From assembly GCA_018691345.1 (NCBI GenBank), contig JABGTJ010000016.1:125-64124 (forward strand): a stretch of DNA of 64,000 nucleotides. The letters are read 5' to 3'. Of the stretch, positions 1 to 7,800 are shown piece after piece; position 1 is the first letter of the stretch; every line of letters begins with the position of its first letter. Position numbers and translations under genes: made by a program. Source of the stretch: Methanobacteriota archaeon (GTDB lineage: Archaea > Thermoplasmatota > Poseidoniia > Poseidoniales > Poseidoniaceae). A model generated the notes under the pieces. The model did not search any database. It had not been told where the DNA came from and saw only the letters and a program-made list of their open reading frames with translations.

Positions 1-165
1 TGGTCCTCGGAGAAATGTGTTAAAAATTCCTCTAGCAAATGACTCATAGCATGGCATTTGCATGTTCCCATTTTTGCATTAAAAAATAGCATTTCTAAGC
101 CTCGAAATTCTTGAAATAGTTTGGAATTTAACGGGAAAAAAGAACCTGATTTTCCAGAATCCAAA

Positions 166-1626
166 TCATGAATATGTTAATTTTGAGATGTTTGCGGCGA
201 TTGTCACGTCTTGTTTTACAGATTGGAGAACGTCAAGGGCACGCCCACTTTCACCCATACTGACCAATGTTGCTGCCTCAAGATTCGCACTTTCAGGAGT
301 GTTTTCATTGTGCTTTTGATACATGAAAAGGAGGTTCAATGCCTTTTCAGCCCGGCCACTTACCAGTAAAGCATGCGTAAGATTTAGCAGGATAGTTCCG
401 TTAGCCGGCGAAGATTTTGCTGCTTCTCGGAGAGCCAAGATTGCCGACTCAAATTGAGTTGAAGCAAGTTGTTGAACTTCCAAATCACTGCTTTTTGCCA
501 TGGTCAATGCTCGTTGTAAAAGCGCCAATCCATAGTTGTTGAAAACTGCGGAATCACCCGGCATTTTTGCAGCCATTTTCTGAAACGCAATTGCAGCTTG
601 TGCCCATGATTCTTCACCAATTGCATAAAATCCTTCAGCCAGTGTTTCTTCAAGTTCCGGTATGCCGCTTAGATTAACACCGATGGCCTTTGCAGGGTGA
701 AGTTCAAGTGAGATTACGCCCGAATCGGGATGCAAATCTTCGAAATCTGTTCCGTGCATGTAAGTGTCTTCATCGTCCATTGAGTGGACAACTTCCACGA
801 CCTGATCTTCGCTAGCGTAGAGTTCCTCCATATTCACCGGAGAAGCGTCAATGCGCCACATGTCTGGGACGGCTTCCAGTAACGGGGCGCTGGGCACCTC
901 ACTGATTGCAATTGGCTCTACAGTAGGGATTCTAAGCGCCTGTGGCTCATTAACCTCAGCCAGGGGGGGAAGAGACGAGGGTTCGATACGAACGGGTGCC
1001 GCAGGAGTTTGTGCGGGGGCTGGTGGAAGAGAAGGTGCAATGGGTGGTTGAGCTATAATGTTCGGGTCGAAGGATGGGACTTGGACTGGCTCCACAGGTG
1101 CTTGTACGACCCTTACGGTTTCCGAGAGCATCGTTGTTGGCTGGACGGGTATGTTTGGGGCTGCTACGGGCACTGGACTGAGCGTTTCCAGTGCAACTAA
1201 GGGCGCCTTTGTTGGGACTTCAGGAGAGGTTGTGTCTTTCGGGGGTAAATTTTGTACTTGACTGCTGATCAACGGCAATGGCTCTTCATCGTCTTCAAAC
1301 GGTACACCAGCCGCATAACTACCAACACCAAACGGTAGGCGGGAAACGTTGGTATTGGATTCGCCTGAGAATCCAAAAGGAAGTGAGCCTGAAACCGATG
1401 ACGGTTGAGATTGCGATTCAGCATCGACCACTGGAGGCTCAATACCTTCTAATTCATACCATGAAGTAACTGCATCATCAAGGCCAGGCACTTCAGTAGG
1501 TAATGGGCTTGAGTCGCCGTCCTCGAGGGTTAAATCCACTAGGAGGAGACTTCCACATGCAGGGCATGCACCTCCACCTAAGGAAAGTAAACCACAGACT
1601 TTGCACTCAAACATGGCGTTCCCCAA
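166..1626 (-). CDS. Zn-ribbon / Pro-rich linker / C-terminal TPR-like repeat protein, function unknown
   Basis: 486-aa ORF. The N-terminus has a four-Cys ribbon (CKVCG...CPACG). About 250 aa of Pro/Ser/Val-rich low complexity follows. The C-terminal ~170 aa has TPR-like helical repeats (AEGFYAIGEESWAQAAIAFQKMAA, NNYGLALLQRAL, LLNLTHALLVSGRAEKALNLL). Confidence 0.6.
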   Translation of the reverse strand: MGNAMFECKVCGLLSLGGGACPACGSLLLVDLTLEDGDSSPLPTEVPGLDDAVTSWYELEGIEPPVVDAESQSQPSSVSGSLPFGFSGESNTNVSRLPFGVGSYAAGVPFEDDEEPLPLISSQVQNLPPKDTTSPEVPTKAPLVALETLSPVPVAAPNIPVQPTTMLSETVRVVQAPVEPVQVPSFDPNIIAQPPIAPSLPPAPAQTPAAPVRIEPSSLPPLAEVNEPQALRIPTVEPIAISEVPSAPLLEAVPDMWRIDASPVNMEELYASEDQVVEVVHSMDDEDTYMHGTDFEDLHPDSGVISLELHPAKAIGVNLSGIPELEETLAEGFYAIGEESWAQAAIAFQKMAAKMPGDSAVFNNYGLALLQRALTMAKSSDLEVQQLASTQFESAILALREAAKSSPANGTILLNLTHALLVSGRAEKALNLLFMYQKHNENTPESANLEAATLVSMGESGRALDVLQSVKQDVTIAANISKLTYS

Positions 1627-1672
1627 AACTTACCATGAACCCATGGCACTTCAATTCAACGGAGAAATGTGC

Positions 1673-3424
1673 TCATTCCTCAGAAGACTTGGTTCCTTTG
1701 ATGAGGTCAACAGCCTGTTCAGCCATTTCGATGAATGTGTCGTAGTCATCATCGACGAGTGATTCGGCAAAGTTCTTTCCTTTCGAACGTCCACGAGCTA
1801 ATTGCCATATGATTCCAATGAGAGTCAGACCGATACACACAGTCTTCCAAACCACATGCCCGCCATCGGCGCCGATGACGTAAACCAAAATCATGTAAAG
1901 AGACACGATTGCAGTCGTGAGAATCATAATCGGGAAACCTGCCTTGAAGAACTCATTGAATGAAATCGGATAGCCTGCTTCTTCGGACATACCGGCAGTA
2001 ACAACGTTAGCAGAAGCACCAATGAGGGTACCGTTTCCACCAAGACAAGCACCAAAGGCAAGAGCCCAGATCAATGGACCCAGTTGAATATTGAGTTCAT
2101 AGGATATCTGTAAAACGACTGGAATCATCGTCGCAGTGTACGGAATATTATCAATGAAAGCAGAGGCAACAGCTGAAACCCATAGAATAATCAAAATCGC
2201 TGCAGCGAGGCGAACGACGTCCCCGTCATCGCTGGTACCAAACATTTCAATGCCCTTGGTTACGTAATCACCAATAAACGATATGACCCCCAAGTATTGC
2301 AGTGCGTGGACAAGGACGAACAAACCTGCAAAGAAAAGAAGCGTTGACCATTCAACGTGTTCGAGCGGTTTCTCAAGTTCGTGACGGTCGGTTGCCAAAA
2401 GCATGACTACAGCGCCAACCAATGCAATCCAAGATACGGCAATGTGAGTAATCGGATGGAGGAAAAAGTTGAGTACGACCAAAATAAGGATGGAACCGCC
2501 AACTTTCAGCATGGCTGCATCTTTGATTCCGTACTTTGATTCAAGTTCAGCAATATCGCGAACACGGCTACCAGAGAATTCTTCAGCATAGAACCACTTA
2601 AGGAACATGAAAGCCGGCACAATGCACATAAGAATACCCGGAGCCATTTCAATGATGAAATCGTTGAACGTCACTCCCGAATCCGCAAGTGCGAGGTACC
2701 CTTCTTGGACCAATCCTTCTTTCTTCATTGCTGCATCTTCAATGGCAGACTTTGAAAGTCCGGAACCGATCATGATGTTGGGGGGGTCTCCAATCATGGT
2801 AGCAGCACCTCCGATGTTCGAAAACAGTACTTCGGAAATGAGAAGGGGTATCGGTTTGAGGTCGAGGACCTTCGCTAGTTGAATCGTAACCGGGGTGAGG
2901 AGTAACATCGTAGTGACGTTATCAAGGAATGCGGAGAGAACTGCGGTTACAGAACAGAGAATGACAACCAGTGTCCAAACTGAACCACCACTGCGTTTGT
3001 AAGCTTGAACTGCGAACCATTCAAACAATCCAGTGTGTGAAAGAATACCCACCATGACCATCATTCCAAGCAGAAGACCAATTGTCTCCCAGTCAATGAG
3101 AGTGGTTACTTCTCCAAGAGAGTACGACTTTTCAGAATAGTAACTGAGTGCGATGATGGCGAGAAGGCCACCAACCGCAGCTGCTAGAGTTCGGTGGACC
3201 ACTTCGGTAATGATAAGAGCGTACACACCCAAAAGAATACCCAAACCGACGAGGACAGCCTGCGAATTATCAATATCTGCGAAAGGTGAAGATGAAGAAG
3301 AGCCGCTTCCGGCAGCAATTGAGTGTGATGTGAACATCATCGTCCCTGTAAATGCCAAAAGCCCGAGAGCAATGTATTGAGAAGGATGTCTTCTACGCAT
3401 CCCAGCCAGTTCCCTACCGTTCAT
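1673..3424 (-). CDS. ArsB/NhaD-superfamily (CitMHS/P-protein-like) anion permease
   Basis: 583-aa polytopic membrane ORF. Family-typical motifs are present: GGAATMIGDPPNIMIG and ACLGGNGTLIGASANVV. There is a central hydrophilic loop. Confidence 0.75.
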   Translation of the reverse strand: MNGRELAGMRRRHPSQYIALGLLAFTGTMMFTSHSIAAGSGSSSSSPFADIDNSQAVLVGLGILLGVYALIITEVVHRTLAAAVGGLLAIIALSYYSEKSYSLGEVTTLIDWETIGLLLGMMVMVGILSHTGLFEWFAVQAYKRSGGSVWTLVVILCSVTAVLSAFLDNVTTMLLLTPVTIQLAKVLDLKPIPLLISEVLFSNIGGAATMIGDPPNIMIGSGLSKSAIEDAAMKKEGLVQEGYLALADSGVTFNDFIIEMAPGILMCIVPAFMFLKWFYAEEFSGSRVRDIAELESKYGIKDAAMLKVGGSILILVVLNFFLHPITHIAVSWIALVGAVVMLLATDRHELEKPLEHVEWSTLLFFAGLFVLVHALQYLGVISFIGDYVTKGIEMFGTSDDGDVVRLAAAILIILWVSAVASAFIDNIPYTATMIPVVLQISYELNIQLGPLIWALAFGACLGGNGTLIGASANVVTAGMSEEAGYPISFNEFFKAGFPIMILTTAIVSLYMILVYVIGADGGHVVWKTVCIGLTLIGIIWQLARGRSKGKNFAESLVDDDYDTFIEMAEQAVDLIKGTKSSEE

Positions 3425-3476
3425 GTTGAAAATCCAACTATGGGTAACTATTGAGTATTTCCTATGGAATCATTGG

Positions 3477-3743
3477 TTAACGCCAAAGAACGCCGACATT
3501 GCCGCGTGCCAGTACGACAACCGAATGGGTTGTTTCTGCGAGGTGAGACCAGACATTTGGAATATCTTTTTTCTCGAAAAGTCCACGATTGATTTTAATT
3601 TTCACGAGGCTGCGCGTGTTGAGTTGAGCGTCGATTTCGGTGATCAGTGTCTCGGTAATACCTGATTTTCCAATTCGAATGGTCGCTTGAAAGTCATGCG
3701 ATAAGGCCTCTCGGCGAATGGACTCAGGTATGCGGTCAGCCAT
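3477..3743 (-). CDS. YhbY/CRM-domain RNA-binding protein
   Basis: IRIGKSGITETLITEIDAQLNTRSLVKIKI...VLARGNVGVLWR matches the CRS1/YhbY pattern (IGK.G.T......L......L.K.K ... G....LYR). Start moved to the internal ATG (MADRIPES). The ORF track start is 3776. Confidence 0.7.
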   Translation of the reverse strand: MADRIPESIRREALSHDFQATIRIGKSGITETLITEIDAQLNTRSLVKIKINRGLFEKKDIPNVWSHLAETTHSVVVLARGNVGVLWR

Positions 3744-3797
3744 GATTCTCAAGCAGCCGTGGAACACCTTGTTCAAGAAGTGTACTACAAAATCATC

Positions 3798-4148
3798 TCA
3801 CCGTAGCAATTGCTTACGATGAAATTTGGGCCCGCCGCCGTATCGTCGAATGTTGGTGCAAGACAAGCAGGTGACAATGCGTTGTCCTGCTACAATACGG
3901 GTGCGAACATTTTCACCATGAATGAAAGGAGTCAAGCACTTTTTGCAATAGAGGTGATGCACTGCTTTAGGAACTGGAAGGCGATGCCGACGGGAGATTC
4001 TCACAAGGTGGCGAATGCTTGATCGAACGATAATCGGTTCGTGATCCTTGGCGTGTACGATGATATCAACCAATTGCGATTGGCTGCCCAAGGCTGCCTG
4101 CCGTCGGTCGACTTTGCCTTTACGACGACGTCTGCTCTGTGAACTCAA
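3798..4148 (-). CDS. rnp4: Ribonuclease P protein component 4 (Rpp21/Rpr2 family)
   Basis: 116 aa with a basic N-terminus. A CxxC...CxxC zinc ribbon is present (YCKKC ... CLSC), with the RRHRLP context typical of archaeal Rpp21. Confidence 0.7.
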   Translation of the reverse strand: MSSQSRRRRKGKVDRRQAALGSQSQLVDIIVHAKDHEPIIVRSSIRHLVRISRRHRLPVPKAVHHLYCKKCLTPFIHGENVRTRIVAGQRIVTCLSCTNIRRYGGGPKFHRKQLLR

Positions 4149-4157
4149 AATGCCACC

Positions 4158-4787
4158 TCAAAGTTTCAATGCGTTGAGTATGTCACCGGTTATTTCATCG
4201 ATAGCTCTGTCCCCGTTTACGGCGTGAAAAATTCCTTTAGAGCGGTACCAGTCTGCAAGCGGTGAGGTTTGTTGATGGTAGGCTGCTAAGCGTGAACTTA
4301 CCGTTTCTTCGTTATCGTCAGCCCGTCGCTTCTCTTCCCAATTGCCGCATGCGCATCCATCGTCAGATACAGGATTGAATGTATCATGGTAAACACTTCC
4401 GCAGCCAGCACACGAATAGCGACCGCATATTCGCTCGACAATACGCTCGTCTGGGACTTCAATTGCGATGACGTGCGTGACTCCAGTAATCTGCTCCAAT
4501 GCCTCAGCTTGTGGTACGGTTCGAGGGAATCCATCAAACATGACTCCGTTCTTTGCGTCGGGTTCAAGAATCCGATCCTTGATGAGGTCGATGATGACTG
4601 AATCTGGAACGAGCAAGCCTGCTTCCATGAAACCTTTAGCCTCCAGACCAGTTGGGGTACCGGCTTTAACAGCAGCCCGCAACATGTCTCCGGTAGAAAC
4701 TTGAGGAAGGCCAGTTGCGTCAATCATTCGTTCTGCTTGAGTCCCTTTACCAGCACCAGGAGGTCCAAACAATACAATACTGCTCAT
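4158..4787 (-). CDS. adk: Adenylate kinase, long bacterial-type with Zn-binding lid
   Basis: P-loop GPPGAGKGTQ, then STGDMLR, then DGFPRT. The lid carries four Cys (CAGCG...CACG). Confidence 0.95.
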   Translation of the reverse strand: MSSIVLFGPPGAGKGTQAERMIDATGLPQVSTGDMLRAAVKAGTPTGLEAKGFMEAGLLVPDSVIIDLIKDRILEPDAKNGVMFDGFPRTVPQAEALEQITGVTHVIAIEVPDERIVERICGRYSCAGCGSVYHDTFNPVSDDGCACGNWEEKRRADDNEETVSSRLAAYHQQTSPLADWYRSKGIFHAVNGDRAIDEITGDILNALKL

Positions 4788-4831
4788 GTATCGGGCTAGA
4801 GGTGCCTCGTATTAGACATGCTTATCGACGA

Positions 4832-7800
4832 TTACTGCTGGTCCAACCATTGTTGCCCATAGTGTTGCCATTGTTCCATACTCCAACCAATTGGTAATCC
4901 ACTGGCCGGAAGTGGTGGGCCTGCAACTGGTGCGGGGACCATTGGAGCAGGTACTGGAGCAGGTGTCGGCGTTGGTAATGCTTGAGAAGGTACTGGGAGG
5001 GGTAAGTGCGGCATCACCTTTGGAGGCATTCCTGCTGGTGGCATACCCATTGGCATTGGGAGTGGCATGCCTCTTGGAGGCAATCCTGCTGGCGGCAAGC
5101 CCATTGGTGGTATCCCTTGCTTGGCCTGTGTTGGCATGTCAAGGGATTGGGCGAGTGCGGCTGCGATTTCATCGGATGAAACTTCACCACTGGAGAGTTC
5201 GTCCACCGCAAGGCCGATATCGAGTGCATCGCTACGGCGTGTTCCCAGATGATCTGGATTAACAAATGCATCTGGTGCTACCAACTCCTCACCCGCATCG
5301 GTGAGTTCACCGCCCTTCTTGACCCGTAAGGCGACGACGATAGCAGCAAGCAACGCAACCACGACAAGTGGAGCGCTTACGTAAAGCGGCAATCCACCTA
5401 GAAGCCCTTTGGCTCCAGTCGCTGACTCAACGGTTGTTTCTATCGACAAGGTTCCAATGGTAGTACCGTCTGTTGAAAGTGTGATGGTCGAGAAGAGAAG
5501 GCCTTTTTCAGCATCATCACCAGGTGTAAGTTCAAGCATGACTGTGAGTTCATCCCCAACACCAAGATTTTCGAGCGATGATGGTGAACATGAAAGTGTC
5601 CAGACTGAAGAAATATTTCCTTCTTGGTCGAGGACTTCAGTGATTATATCTCCAGTGATTGGGACGTTGCCATCGTTACGGATAATGATGTTCTGCATCA
5701 CCGTCTCACCTCGTGAAACAGAGGAGAAGGGAGCCACTGTAGTGTCTTCAACGGTAAGATTCGCAAAGGTCGATTCGAGTACGGCTATGTCAACGGTAAC
5801 TGAAGTTTGAACGGACCTGCCGTTGCTAAATCCAGTGACGGTAGCCACCAGTTCAAACGCCTTTTGAGTTGGAAGAGTATTCGATGGAGGTATGAAACCC
5901 AATCGGACGACCCTCTCTTCACGTGGTTCGATGTAGGTACTTGGATTCGCATAGCCTACAATCCAGCCATCGGCTGGCAAGCCTTTGGTCCAATTCAACG
6001 TCAAGGGGGTGTTTCCTGTATTGATAACGGTGAATTCACCAAAGGAGAAATCCGATGAAATAACCGTCTCAATCACACCGGATTCGGGTCCAAAGAGGTC
6101 CATGGAAAGGTCGTCACGGACCTTCAAAACCGTCGCGTTTGAAACAAAGGACTGTGGAGTTCGTTCGGTACGGATGTCAAAGTTATTCGCTTCGCCTTCC
6201 TCAGCAACTGGAGGTACACCGATGATGAAATTGACCGTTGCCACTTCACCACCGAGTAACGTAAGCGAAACTTGGCGGCTGTTCACTTGCGTCATGTAGG
6301 AAACTTCAATCGGCCAGAGAGGGTTACTTGGTTGTATCTTGACATCCAAGTCAATTGCCTTGTTACCGGTGTTTTCAATGGTCAAATTCAGGCTCACTTG
6401 CTGAGCAGTATCAACCATAATGTTTCGGTTCGAGGATGAAGGACCAATCGGTCCTAGATCGTCATACAGATCACTGACAAAGGACTCCTGTGCCAAAACC
6501 AGCACATCGACGGATTGGGTGAAGTTGAGGGTTGGATCGGTTGCCGAATTCAAATGACAGGTCACCGTGTCAGTCGAACCAGCTTCAGGAACTCCATTGG
6601 AGACTGGAGGAACCCAAATTTGGATAAGCATTGGAAGTGATTCCTTAATGTTCAACGGTTCGAATTCTAATGTAGAAGAATTTGAGTTACCGAGTTGTAT
6701 TTGCCATCTGTTTTGAGATTCGCATGATACGGAGTACTGCGCTGGTGTGTTTCCAATGTTCATGACCGAAATCGAGAATCCGGTGGATTCACCCGGTGCG
6801 GCTGATAATCCGGAAATTCCGGCTGCTCCAATATTGACATCGGTGACCTGCGGGACAATGATTGTCACTCTCTGCGTGTGAGATACCGTAGGTTGAGATT
6901 GGTAACGAGCAGTGATGTCCACGACAAATGTTCCTGCACGAGCATAACGAGGGGATTCAGAATTACTTAGGTCAACGAAATTGTTGACAAGAGTGACGTT
7001 GAGAAGTTTGTAGTCATCAATTTCACCCTGACCTTGAACGATGTATGGTCCAATTTCAGAAACCGACTTGGACCAAGAATCTTCAGGAGCCAACAGGAAA
7101 TCTGGTCTGCCTGGTTGAGGTTTCTGAACATTGGTGACCGAAAGGGTTACTGCTTGCTGCCCAGTTCCCTCGTGGAGAATGTGAATTGGAATCTGAATCG
7201 AAGAGGCATTGAGCACATCGAATGTGTGTACAGCGGACAGGGCACGGTCTTCTGGAGAAGTTGGAGCCACACCCGCATCATCCAGTGCTACGACGCGAAC
7301 ACCGAGTGCAGTCACTTCGATGTCTTGTTCCCAGATGTTGTTGTCGACTCCAGATACGGCATCGTTCATTTCGCTCACCTGGTTAAGTGTGTCAATACTC
7401 AGTCGCATTGAATGTGTACCTGTCGTAGTAAACTGATGCTGAAGCAAGAAAGAATCAATCTTGCCCGAATCAAGACCTGGCCTGTCGGCGTCAAACAAAA
7501 CTTGGCCAGTGGTAAGGTCTTCCAGGATTACATGGAATGAGCCTGACGAGAGAGTCCCTTGGTTAATCCAACCCAGCTGGAGGGTAATCAAGTCGTTTTT
7601 GAGAGGTTCTGGAGAAGATGGTACGATGCTACCGTCGAATGTTGCTAAGTCGGATTGTGGATTTGGAGTTGCATCTGCCACGACAACGAGGCTGAATCGC
7701 TGAGCAAGGCCTCCTGAATGAAGAACCTTGATTTGCCATTGACCCGACGTCGTAAGAACGCCCGGTTCGACTTTGATTCTCTCGACATTATTGACTGCGT

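Noticed and set aside
1-165. AT-rich ORF-free segment at the window start, considered as a possible tRNA, small RNA or promoter.
   Set aside because: I could not fold a cloverleaf or find conserved boxes, and the flanking gene to the left is unseen. There is not enough evidence for any feature.
4298-4723. 141-aa alternative-frame ORF within adk.
   Set aside because: adk is unambiguous in the other frame, and the overlapping ORF has no recognisable features.
4990-5130. The Pro-rich tail (GMPPAGMPPK, GLPPAGLPP) resembles formin FH1 / profilin- or GYF-ligand sequences.
   Set aside because: Low-complexity similarity alone is not evidence of homology. I recognised no profilin, GYF or SH3-like gene in the window. 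I kept only the sequence-level observation of the duplication and the terminal motif.
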